This document shows positions 1-12,120 of a stretch of DNA of 64,000 bases, piece by piece. The notes beneath the pieces are model-generated. The model had not been told where the DNA came from. It searched no databases and saw only the letters and a program-made list of their open reading frames with translations. The DNA comes from Ruditapes philippinarum (lineage: Eukaryota): assembly GCF_026571515.1 (NCBI RefSeq), contig NW_026852746.1, positions 248,001 to 312,000 of the forward strand, read 5' to 3'. Positions within the stretch are counted from its first letter, which is position 1, and each line of letters opens with the position of its first letter. The translations under genes and the position numbers were made by a program.

Positions 1-115
1 AATACGTGTACATATTTTCTACTGAGCAATTATAACAATGCAATTAGAGAAGTTTTTAGCAACTAACCAAAACATGAAATATTTATTTCTTTATGTTTTC
101 GAATGTATAACTCAC

Positions 116-3100
116 CTTTGCATGTTATGTAAACAGCTCTTGTACATTTATCGATGATAGCATTAGACATTGTGCAATCATTTAGAGATCTCTCGTTTCC
201 CGTGCATGTTAGTTTATTGTTAAATAATGGTATTGAGCCGGGATCACCTTCGGTAAAAGCTACCAAACCACTAATAACAATAAAAAGAGTGTTATAAATT
301 ATAAATTTACCTGTTTCTATTTTTGTTTATTTCATTCTATATACTGTAATGTATGAATTACATAGATTATTCCACACAAAAAAACATCATTTCTAAAGGA
401 AGATCAAAGGCAAACCTTTCTAAAATATTTGCAGGCTTGGCATGAGTCGTAAATGCAAGGTAACGTTCATGCCCATTCTTACCAGCTTAAGCTATGTTTA
501 TAGAACAGTGATACCCTATGCTGCATCAAAAAATATTGTATCCTAAACGTTTGTGTTTTAGTTACAAACGTAATTATTTGTCTTACGTTTTATGTGAATA
601 TTAAGTACATGTATTTCTTTACACCTATTTACAAAAATATAAGGCAGATCACTATATTTACTTACTTAAATTGTAAATGCTTACACACCACATCTCCTGC
701 GTTGATATCAAAACTTTCGTAACAAATTGTGTGTTGTGTGCCGGAAAACGCCGCTAGAAGCATGCCTGTATTTTGTGATATTCCTCCAGTCAGTTTGTAA
801 TCTATATGAATTTAGAAAAGTGGAAACCGTGAAAATCGTCCATAATGACCAAGATATAAACTTTAGTTTAAACATATTTCATTCATAACCATACACATGA
901 AATACTGTTCGATTTGATTATGCCAATTAATGGTTGGTATGCATGCTACTATACTATACCACCAGGATGCCTTAGCATTTACTTATTAAATTGTGTATAT
1001 AAGAATGAAGTTATATCCGCAGATATGTTCAAACATTCCAAACGTAATAATTGCTGTTCACTTAAAAAGCAAAAAAGGTGACTTATAAAATACTTAATCT
1101 TCATGAAATGCATTGGCAAAATTGATTTAAAGAAAATTATCTCAAACGCAAATATAATGCTATGCTGGTTTACCTTCAACGATTGGAATAATAACATCTT
1201 TGATTAATAAATACTCTTAACATTAGATTATAACCACAGATAAACAACAATATTACTCTAAGGTGTTTATAAAGATTGATAGAAGTTAACATGTTGCAAC
1301 ACATTGAAAATGATAGCATCAATCTTTCTGTCTAGATTCAGACATAGGCATTCTTGAATCATACAACAGAGGCAGAGATTGGTTAACATTAATTAGAAAC
1401 AAAAAGGTGAGTCATAACCTAGACCTCTAAGCCTCCCTATATGTCCCACGAGTGCAACTATAATGAAGACCGGATACATCAAACAATTATAAAGATTATA
1501 AAAAATGAAGATTATAAAGTCTATTTTAGTATAAAGATAAATAAACACTGAACCACCTGATAGCATAATAAACTGAATCTTGAACTGGACGTACGCGTAC
1601 GCGAGGAGCGTTGCACAACGAAATACAGCCTTTAACAAGCCTAGTGGAAAATAACGCGCTGTCTTTTTTTATTTTAAAACATCGTTCTTTATCGTTATCA
1701 AATAATCGTTCTTTTAAACTTCAATCCGAAAGCAGATACTGATTTGCAGGGGAGTGGGGGTCAATACACTTAGCTTTCCTTATTGGCGTCCGCGCCGAAG
1801 CGCGACGCCCTTTATGGAATAAAATCAGATTTTGTGAAAGGGCAATTGTAACTTCTCAGGCCTTTTCGTCGGTCATAATAGCCGATCATTCCGATTGGTA
1901 TGAAGTAGTTTGATTATCAAAAATAAAATGTTGCGATATATACAATGTATAGCGAACTGGAAAATTTCGCAATGCTAACATATTCACATTAAATTATCTT
2001 ATCCGTCTTTGAATTTATTATTATTCATTTTTTAGTTCACAGTGGGTTATTAAGTAAGGTGTACCTATAACTAGAATGATGACCTTAATATTGTGAAAGT
2101 CCGAAATTCTATTTATAGAATTAGTTTTAGTTTAACGAAACAGCCATTCGTGTCGCGCTATGATAATAAAAAACGAAGTGGAGAATTTTGCAGGAAATGA
2201 AATGCAAACACACTCAAACAATTAATTGCACTCTAAATGTAGGCCATTTTTACTAATTGTTATATCATAGTTTTATCATTTTGAATTTGACTTTTTGCTT
2301 CTTTCCGGTTACCGTGAATATTTAAATAGACCTAGTTCATAACTTTAAATGTCGCTTTTATTTTGACGTTGTGCGACAGTAGGTCTAGCACTAGTATACT
2401 ATGAAACCTATTCGATGTTCAAGTCTCTTTAGCTAAAATCGACCCTGATTTCCCGGATTTTCTGTTGTTCTATATTTTGTTTGAAGGCAATCGATTTTAT
2501 GGTTGTTTGAGTGGAATGTGGATTTGCCGAATATTGTGACATTTTAACAGAAACTTTCGTCTGCAATTTTAACATGACTTGTCATGGGTTAATTGATAGG
2601 AATGTAAACAAACTGGTGGGTCAGACGAGGTTTTTGAAGTTATTCATTAAAATAGTAGATTGACCTCCCAATAAATCAATTAACAGAATTTGTTCATTTT
2701 GACTACTATTTTGTACGTTCAAAAGAAAAACCACATAAACTTGCACTTCTATCAAATAACCAAAATTTATAATAATATCCAAAAATACCCTTTATATATT
2801 ATAAATAAACTTATACCATATGGGTGGTATATTTTTGACATTATCGTTAATATTGATAGAATTTCAAGTTCCCGTGGAAAAAAAACATTTAATCTTCTAA
2901 TCTCTAGCATGTCTACCAGAGTTCATTATGAACAATGTCTTTCGTCCGCCCATTCATAAATAATATACAATTCTGGTTAATACTAATTAAACGATGAAAA
3001 GTTTATAAGAATATCTGGTCATCAGATGTCTACTAGTTCATCTTTTCCTTGCTGCATATCTTACTTAATCGCGCTTTGATGCTTTGCACCAATGCTTTTC

Positions 3101-4823
3101 TTGTTACTTTTTGAATAATTGCAATACAAAGACACGGACACGAAAAATACGAAGACTAATTTAGAAAAATTGTATTTACTTACCCACACAATATAGCTTG
3201 CTGCCATAGCCCAAGTACCATGCACCAGATTGAGCGTAGTTCAATTGGTCAGTTTCAACACATTCATCAATACTACGTTCATTTCCATTGCATTCTAATG
3301 TCCGCAACCAGGAATATTTTATTGTATTGTATCCTATGTGCATGCGTCCGGCACCATATCCAAATAGACTATATTTTATAAATATAGATATTAAACAATA
3401 TACATGTGAAGTGATTTTATCAAAATTCGTTTCTCTATCTTTATTTGCCTCATATTCTTGTATACGTGTTCGTGTCAAAATGTATTCGTGTTATCTTTAT
3501 AGATTATCTCGTTTAAATGAATTTTTCGCAGACAAAATGTTTTTCAAATCTTTATTCTGGGAGGAAGGGCGATTTAACCACAACATACAAAGAATATTGA
3601 ATGTAGATAAGGTTTTCAATTGGGATAATTCATATAAAAGTGCCCAAGAAAAAGGCAAATATGATATTTTGAAACATTTTTAGTGTTTACAAATTAACTC
3701 TTACATTTCAAAATAGGTATGTTGGAAACACAATGACACTTTTATTTCATTAATTACCTCTTACCTACATGTAAAATTCCAGGTTAGCAAAACAATTTTT
3801 TCCAAAAGAAAAATGATTACGTGTAAACATAATTGTTCTGTTCATATATTAAAGATATTTTATATGATAAAACGTAATATATATAGTTACGTATTGTTTC
3901 AAATTAAAAGTAGTGTAGATTGAATCTTAAACTTTTATTTTGCAACAACATACCTTAAGTTTAGTGTTTTACATAAAATAGAGGCTGTGACGTCAGAGAA
4001 CCGAAAATCTGTGTCTCCAATAAATCCCCATAAACCATTGTAAAATATTTCTACAAAATTGATAAACACAGAATCCCTAAACCCTCTGTGCCTTGTGAGT
4101 TTGTTGGCAACAATCGTATTTCAAAGCCTAAATACAAGAAGTATTTTATACAATGTGTAACTGTCCTTAATCGTAACAGTTTATTTTAAATAATTTAATA
4201 TGTAACCCGTTGAATAGTTAAAACTTATATTTAAAGTAAAGGAACAAACGATCTGTTCATATATCATTGTATTGGCCTTCATAGTAGACAAAATACTCAC
4301 GATAAATCAATGATGTCATGAGGTTATTTCACAATGCTGAGAACAATTCCAAATTCTATTGGACGAGTGCAAAGTTGACAACCTATATTGCATTTTTGAT
4401 GAGACGCTAGCATAGTCGAGTATATGTTTTGAAGCTGTGTAAGAGTCCAACAGAATCGTATTGTATTAAACAAATTTAAAAGACTTCTTTATTTTACGTC
4501 AACAAATTGAATGTTTTCACACTTAGACACAGTTTTGTTTCTTCTAAATGGATATGATAAGTTTGTTTGAACACAAGGCTAACTTGAGAACAATAAGGAT
4601 TTGAATTGGGTGTTTCGGGACACGGGAAATGAGAACAAGGCTTAATTGATAAGTAATTTCTATTGGTAACATCTCATGGTACAAACGCTGGAAGTTTATT
4701 TTATAACGTGTAAAATAAAAGCAGATACAATGTACTTTAAATAAGTTAAAATTTACCTTCGGCAGATCGAGCATTCAATAGAAATATTGCCGCTAGAAGC
4801 ATCATTTTTATGATTTCCATCAT
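116..4823 (-). CDS. Secreted multi-SRCR (scavenger receptor cysteine-rich, DMBT1-like) protein, 5' part; continues past the left edge; this copy is frameshifted in exon 2
   Basis: Phase-compatible GT-AG exons: 4823-4757 (MMEIIKMMLLAAIFLLNARSAE, signal peptide), 4127-3954 (GFEIRLL..EG/FVEIFYNGLWGFIGDTDF..ASILCKTLNL), 3368-3184 (WLRTLECNGNERSIDEC..KLYCV), 801-666 (YKLTGG..TICYESFDINAGDVVCKHLQF), 270-116 (LTCTGNERSLNDC..AVYITCK). These form two SRCR domains. A 23-nt insertion at 4058-4080 breaks the frame. Confidence 0.85.
3462..3885. repeat. ~430-bp dispersed repeat, copy 1 (SRCR intron); copy 2 at 6737-7195
   Basis: Near-identical direct copies from ATACGTGTTCGTGTCAAAATG to GATAAAACGTAATATATATA; copy 2 has an extra short internal segment. 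Confidence 0.85.
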
Positions 4824-4935
4824 GTAACCTGAAAGGGCAAATACACATACTTTTAACAAGTAAGCAATAAATTAAATGTTGATGTTCTGCAACACATCAA
4901 AGCAAAATATTATATTTTATAAATAGACTTTAATG

Positions 4936-5524
4936 TATGTCGGCTGATTTGTGCAATTCGTATTTTCGCCCCACGACCCCACCAAGCGAATAGTCGAGAA
5001 TTAACAAGTTAAAATGGCGGGGGCGCTGGGCAAATGTCGCTTATAAGCGGGCTCGCGGGGCGAAGTTTAATAAATATGAATGGAAAAGCGAGATTTTAGA
5101 AATGAAACGACAGGGACGCAGTACGATAAACAAGCTAATTGGCGGGGGCGTGGGGCGAAGTTTAATAAATAAAACTTTGCCTGCGCCCCCGCTAATAAGC
5201 TTATTTTCGCTCCGCGCCCCGCTGTTTAATATCTATAATCATGCTTATTTATTTAATTACGCTCCCGCTTATTAATGTGTTTACGCTATAAAACTTATAA
5301 AACTTCGTATCGCCACCCCCCCCCCCCTTTTATTAACCCCCCGCAGTTGTATTTCTTAAATCGCGCTCCATGCCCTCGCGTGCGGAAGTTTTATTGATTA
5401 AACGCGCCACCGCTTTTTAGAGATTTTTCGTTCCCCGTCCCGCCATTTTAACTTGTTAATTCTTGACTTTTCGCTTGGCGGGGTCCCGGGGCGAAAACAC
5501 GAATAGCACAAATCAGCAACCATA
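4936..5524. mobile_element. Non-autonomous MITE with ~80-bp TIRs, IS3EU-type termini
   Basis: Left TATGTCGGCTGATTTGTGCAATTCGTATTTTCGCCCC..., right ...GGGGCGAAAACACGAATAGCACAAATCAGCAACCATA; TAT..ATA ends; flanks TTAATG / TTAATA (5/6 match, 6-bp TSD); internal GC-rich GCGGGGGCG motifs. Confidence 0.75.
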
Positions 5525-6736
5525 TTAATAATTGTTTTATGAGACGCACAATATTCATAACGGCTATCGTGGAATTTTCCACCATATTTGATTTTAAAGT
5601 GGGTTCCCCAGTTAATAGATAAGTGTATGTCTGGTAAAAGAATTATAATGCATCTGTGCTTCATCCAAATAAGATGACCAAACATATTACTTCCAGCAGT
5701 TCTCTAAACGGAGGAAAACAATCTGCTGGATATAGCAGAAAATGATTATAGATATCACATAAAATGACCACAGCGACTCATTTTACATCTTGTTAATGTG
5801 CAATATTTAGAGCAGTTTATTTTTTTATCAAATTCAAAATTAAAACATACCTTTTCAAGTAAATGGTCAAGTTATACCTTCTTTTAAGAACAGAGTAAAC
5901 AAGCATTGATTCACAAAATACCCTTGATTGTTTAATTGCATTCATTTAACTTCCTCTATCTGTAAGAATGTACTTAATTATTTACGGTGTTGATATTTAT
6001 TCTATGCATGTGGTAGTCAGTAATATCTATATCATATTACAGTTTTCATTGACGAGAGAAATTATAATATAATAATGGTAAGTTTACACGGCGGGTGATC
6101 ACGTGACGAAAATCGTACAATGGGCTCAATCAATGGCTGCCGGATCGCTCGGATCAAGGTAAGCATACATTAAACGATAAATTTATACCAAAGAGGTTGC
6201 CGCCTGTAAAAAACATATACTTATTTGCTTACCATGTAGCATACTCTGTTTAAGCCTGAAAATCGAACATTGTTTAAGATGTTGAGTTTAATAGGCACAC
6301 AGGCACATGATATCGTTGTTTTTTTTTGTTTTCTTTTGTTTTTTTTTGTTTCAATTAAACGTGCTTATAGCAATATTTGCAATAACAACTTGCACAAAAT
6401 TTTGATTTTGCCCTATATGAAAAATTTCAGTTGTTTTCAAAGTTGCATAACAAAGTCACATATCTATTTACGACAAAAACACACGTGTCAGACAAAATAA
6501 AATGAGTACAATGATAAAACGATTTCATTGCCAATCCAATATCATTCAGTCTTACATAACAAAATTTCTTGTTTCTTTTTTCAGAGCTAGTCTCAAAAAC
6601 CAAGAAATATTATATCTAAAAGTGAAAAAAAAGTTAGATTTTTTACAGTTGCATTGCAGAATTGATTTAGTTAATCAATATAATACTGTTTCGATAACAC
6701 GAATACATTTTTGTATAATTATACAACTATATTATA

Positions 6737-7195
6737 ATACGTGTTCGTGTCAAAATGTATTCGTGTTATCTTTATAAATTATCTCGTTTAAATGAATTTT
6801 TCGCAGACAAAATGTTTTTCAAATCTTATTTCTGGGAGAAAGGGCGACTTAGCCACAGCATACAAAGAATATTGAAGGTAGATAAGGTTTTCAATTGGGA
6901 TAATTCATATAAAAGTGCCCAAGAAAAAGGCAAATATGAGATTTTAAACATTTTCAGTGTTTACTTAGGATAATGCTGGGACAAAATGAATGGCTTCGTA
7001 CAAATTTACTCTTACATTTCAAAATAGGTAAGTAGGAAACACAAATGACACTTTATTTCATTAATTACCTCTTACCTACATGTAAAATTCCAGGTTCGCA
7101 AAACAATTTTTCCAAAAGAAATATGATTACGTGTAAACATAATTGTCTTGTTCATATATTAAAGGTATTTAATATGATAAAACGTAATATATATA
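6737..7195. repeat. ~460-bp dispersed repeat, copy 2 of 3462-3885
   Basis: Direct visual alignment to 3462-3885. Confidence 0.85.
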
Positions 7196-7309
7196 TACGT
7201 AAAAAAAACTGCGCGAGAGTGCCAGTGTCTTCTTTGCATGAGCGTAAATTACTTAGATAGTTTTCGATTTCGATTTACGCAGGAAGCACGAGTAACGATT
7301 TTTTTGAAG

Positions 7310-8112
7310 ATCGTTTTTAGAAAAGTGATTTACTCTTTATGTAGTTTTATCGACATGCAAAAAACACTTAACAGAATTTTTTGAAAAAATAAGAATTTGC
7401 AGGAAATTAACATGCGTAAAACTGATTTATAAATTATGTCCTAAATTCTCTGTTGTAGATTTACCGCTAGGCTTTACAATAAAAAATGAATCGTACGCAT
7501 GGTCCTCACATATCATTTTACACAAATGAACACGGTTGGTACATTTAGTCTCAGATATAAATATTTTCCTTCTTTAAAAAGGGCAAACATGAGATTTATA
7601 ACGTTGAAATAATGGTTTAAGAGCACTTCAGACGCTTGTCTCCCAATAAGTTAACACTAAATGTCATCAAAGTAGCAGATAAAAAATATAGTTTTTGGAC
7701 TTTCATATAAAAATACTTACACCATATAACCGTGCTAGTTTCTAAACAGCAACAGAACCAAAAAAAATGTTCAAGTTATTGGCCAATAAGTAACTTAAAT
7801 AACAAATAAGTTATACTACTTTCAAAACATACATACATACATATGTCAGTGAAGAAGCAGCGGCGTTGGACATAAGCTTTTTAAGCGGGATTTTGATGTC
7901 GTGAAAGGAAAGCATTTTCGCAAAGAATTTTGACGTTTTCTTAGTTTAGTAAATTTGACAAAAATAAAGTCAATTCAAATGAGATGTGTTATTCAAAACG
8001 ACAGGTTTCAAAAATCTGGAAAAAAAGTCTGGAAACTAAGTGATCCCTCGGAAGCATTAATCACAACAAAATTACAAGAGAATTGCAGACTCGGTTTGAT
8101 TGAGTCTGTACA
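7310..8112. repeat. Duplicated non-coding block, paralogous to ~14860-15850 (part of the TRIM-like gene duplication)
   Basis: Collinear shared segments, e.g. TGGTC(C/T)TCACATATCATTTTACACAAAT, GGTACATTTAG(T/C)CTCAGA, GTTATTGGCC..AGTAACTT, CAGACTCGGTTTGATTGAG. Confidence 0.8.
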
Positions 8113-8400
8113 TGGGGGATAATAAATACGTGCAACATCCCTCACGCCCCCTAGCACCGGTTTGTGCGGTACTCAATTCTCAACACTTAATAGTGCTAGC
8201 ATCAATGATCCCAAAGGACCAGAAAAATAAAACAACACTGAAGTGAAAAGTACGGGGCAACTTTTTACAGCTGCCACACGGCACTTGACGCCTGCTGTTT
8301 GATGTACAAAAATCTGGATACAAAGTGATCCCTCGGAAGCATTAATCACAACAAAATTACAAGAGAATTGCAGACTCGGTTTGATTGAGCCTATACATGA
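8039..8400 (-). mobile_element. Small terminally redundant repeat (retroelement-like, possibly a Penelope pLTR or retrozyme-like unit) with a conserved hairpin motif
   Basis: ~75-bp direct repeat at 8039-8114 and 8322-8399; shares blocks CCGGTGCTAGGGGGCGTG, CTCAATCAAACCGAG and GTGCCGTGTGG..GCTGTAAAAAGT..CCCCGTAC with the element at 51737-52435. Confidence 0.6.
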
Positions 8401-9109
8401 GGAGTCCAACCAAAGATATTAACTTCGCAAAATCTAATCAGCATCACAAATTAACTTAAACCAAAACCAAACAACACATTAAAAATAACATTAAAACGTG
8501 GTAAACGGTCGCATTACCATGTCCAAATACACTCAAATCATGTTGATAAATAGTTAAATAGCTAGTGCATCTACACAGTTACTTACATTCGTTTATATAT
8601 ATCATGTAAAAGACTGGCAGGTATGAATATATCAGTTCTCTGATACAATATAGGGTATAAAAGTAATGTATAATAATACACTTAACAAGGAAGTAAACCG
8701 ATAACATTGTCAGACACCTCATGGTTACCGTAATCGCATCCCTATACAGTTTTACCCGCACGCAGCTACCTGGCAGAGGATACAATTATGGGAGAAGTAA
8801 AAGAGGTAGTGATCTTAGTTGTGGTGTTGGTGATTGGGGGTGGTAGTAGTAGAGGAAACTTATGAAGCAGTAGCAAAAGCAGAAGGACAGACGAAGCAGT
8901 AGATGTTAAAGCATCATCAGTAAAAGAGTTTTGTGCATCCCTGGTTACACACATTGCCTGTATCATGTATATTGTTTACATTTATTGTGACTTTCTTTGA
9001 ATAAGTCCCGTTGTATCTTAGATGTTTGTAATTGAGATGACATTAAGAACAGTTGATAAGGTATGCATGTAGTAGATATAACTATGACATTTGAGAAGGA
9101 TAGAAAACA

Positions 9110-9447
9110 ATGTTCTGTTTTAGTTTATTTTATTTACAAAAAAGGAAAAAGAAAGATATACATACATGTAAAACCAGTTATAATGTATAATACAATGGTA
9201 TAACAAGGGTTGCCCATATGTTCTCTCTACAACGGATCCTCCTTTATGCAGTAAGTTACAAAAACATGTTATACAAGAATTATCACTAAGATAGAAGTAA
9301 CTTAAACATAAAGATGATTTGAACTTGACTTTGTTCTGTTTGATAAGGCGTTTGATGTTAAACACGATACTCATCGTAGCCTGATGGTAAAAGGAGTGAT
9401 AACTCTTGTTATTTGAAGTCAATATTTCTGTTTTGATTATTTCCCTT
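9110..9447. repeat. Duplicated non-coding block, paralogous to ~20630-20997
   Basis: Shared segments such as AGTAAGTTACAAAA, CCTGATGGTAAA..AGTGATAACT and TGTTTTG(A/T)TTATTTCCCTT. Confidence 0.7.
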
Positions 9448-10494
9448 CAGCTATACAATTCAAAGTGAAGAGAATATTTTTTGAAAATAAATCCTATAAT
9501 GGTGAAACAAAACTACTTTTAAATAAAATATTGACATGACATGTCCTGCATGATACACTCATCGCTTTTTAAATGTCATAACAACAATGCTAGTACAAAT
9601 GAATAAGCATTATACGTCAGAATTCAATCTATAAGATTGCATAAAATGTGTGTAATGAATGGTTTATAAGTTTTTGATGATTCTAACTATAAAACCAGTC
9701 TATTTAACATATAATAAATAAACAAACGAAGACCAATGTACTATTAAGATTGAAATTTTTTAAGACACTAAATACGTTTTTGGTTAAACGTCACAATGTT
9801 ACAATTTAGGACTTAAAGGTTACTTTTAAGGTGTCCTAGTGCAGGAAGACATCATGCAACCCGTCAAATACCTACATTAGTAAGCCAGATGCTAGTATCA
9901 ATATAAAACTTTATATCATTAGTTGCTTTATTTACTAACTATTGGCTTAAATATAAATTGATGTATGAATTAGATTTACGAGACTCACATAAATTTCATT
10001 TCATTTTGAATAACAAAATTGATAATACAAAATAACATTTTCTTGACCAATTCAAATACATTCATTAAGATGTGTTGCAAACATCTGATCATGATTATGA
10101 TATAATTGAAACTTAAAACTGTTTGACAAATGGGCAACATTAAAGTACATGCAAGGCTTGAAAATTGCTGTTATCGTGAACTTTGTAGTTTAATGTTTAT
10201 ATATGTATTATGCTATTACAAATCAGCTGTCTCAAGTTAACATACACTTCGTCAATATACATTTTAACTACTTTCCAGAGGTCATTACAATGGTACTAGT
10301 GGTAATTGTGGTAGTAAAATTAGCAGGAGCAGAAGAAGCAAACGAAGTTGAAGTATCAGCAGCAGTAAGGGAGTTTCGCAATTTAAAGATGTTTAAAAAA
10401 ACAATTTTAGATCATGGCAAAATGGTTTGGCAGAAAAAGTAAAATAAAATTTTTAGTTTTTCAATTCGCAATTTTGCTACATTTAGACGTAAAT

Positions 10495-10640
10495 GGGATT
10501 GCTGAGTCGGAATATTAATCTAAGTTTCGCCAGCCGAGTGGGTTTAAACTCCGTCAGGGACAAGCCGTTGCAAGATACTTTACACTCGTTGTGAAGTACT
10601 GGTTGGTTCTAGGATAGGATGAAAGAGTGTGTTTATATTC
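10495..10640 (+). mobile_element. Degenerate tRNA-derived SINE fragment
   Basis: B-box-like GGTTTAAACTCC followed by AGTACTGGTTGGTT, shared with the SINE at 30310. Confidence 0.4.
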
Positions 10641-11167
10641 ACTGAAACACAGTCCTGCTATTTATTTTCTTAGTTATACCTACAATGTATTTAGTAATTT
10701 TCATCATCTTGCAGTTGTATATACATGTGTTAGTAAAGTAACACAACATATTCCGATACAAGACATTTACATATGAAGTCCTTTCTATAAAATGTTGAAC
10801 CATTTAACTGTTTAAAATATTCTTTAAATTAGATTTTGCGACTCCGTAAATATGGTATTGCACGGCCGTGCATATATTTTGACGTGACATCATTAGCGTT
10901 ATACAAACATAGTGTAAAGACGCGCTAAATGTTAGCGTTATACTATAGGCGCGTCAATGAAATATGACTCTTATTTCACCTTAAACGGTCTTTATTTTTG
11001 GTATGTTTCGCCAGAGGCTCGCATAATATAATTTTATTCAACTCGTGCAATAAATTCAGTATTGAACTTACACTCATTCAATATCCTCTATATATTAAAT
11101 TATTAGCAGTTTAAAAATGCAATAAAGCAATAATACAATCGGCAAGAGTAAAAAACTTTACATTTAA

Positions 11168-11812
11168 AGCTACATTTAATAAATTTCATAAAAAACTAAA
11201 TAGCGACATTTCATAAATAAATTGGGTTTTATATCGACTCCATGTCTTATTTTGGTGTCCAGACAACCAAAATGAGCTTTATTAGCATAAAAATGGGTAA
11301 CCTCATTGTGGCGAAATGGGATGTACAATTTCTGTTTGCATGAGATACTCCGCCTTTGGATCATCCGTATATCAATCTTGAATCAACAAACATGACTATA
11401 AGTATCAGTCCTAATTTAACGGTATATTTCCGCACTGTAACGGATGTTTTCATACAAATTTAATCTTTTTAAGAGATGATTACTTTCACTGAACCCCACG
11501 CTTAGTGCACCATGAAGTTGAAACCGTTAAAGTGTGTTTGCACAAGAAAATATCATATTTGCTGTGCCCCGGATAGCAACTATAAAACTGTGACGTAGCG
11601 CATACACGAGCTGATTATATAGTCTTCATTTGCATGTTAAAATTTGTATACGAACTTTAGTGTTACCATGGGGTTTTCCGTTTAAAATCCTATTTTTTGA
11701 ACAATTTTTTGATGAGATTTACAACAATACTGTTAAACAGGTTAATGAAACTGTACAATGTTTGATTTTTAGGCCGACGGCAATTTTTTTTACATTTTTA
11801 TTTAATGTAGCT
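11168..11812. mobile_element. Kolobok-type non-autonomous DNA transposon, copy 1
   Basis: TTAA|AGCTACATTTAATAAA ... TTTATTTAATGTAGCT|TTAA: TIRs with AG..CT termini and TTAA TSD (Kolobok hallmark); second full copy at 62314-62948. Confidence 0.8.
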
Positions 11813-12120
11813 TTAATGTTGGTGGTATTTTACAAACGATAATCATCCTCATTTTTAATAAACATAGCATACATGTATGTAAAATTTGAACGTTAGACTT
11901 GTCCGTCAAATGCATAGAGTAGAACAAATACGGTGTTTTAAATCATTATCTTTTGTTTGATTACGATAAATGCCGACGTTACTAGATACGGTAAAATATT
12001 TTATCAAAATTTCGACTCATACAAACTTGAAATAAATGATTATCGGGTGATAACGACAAGGATCAGATACACACACAATCTTTGTGTTTATTGACGCGAT
12101 CGATATACATTATAACCATA

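Noticed and set aside
1400-2700. CpG-richer intronic block, possible DNA transposon
   Set aside because: No convincing TIR pair or TSD found by eye.
3288-3683. 131-aa plus-strand ORF and the similar ORF 6755-6973
   Set aside because: Antisense to an SRCR exon and running into a dispersed repeat; similarity is due to the repeat.
4301-4434. Extra SRCR exon (AG..GTGAGT on minus strand)
   Set aside because: Stops in the frames I read, no SRCR motif, and flanking exons already join in phase.
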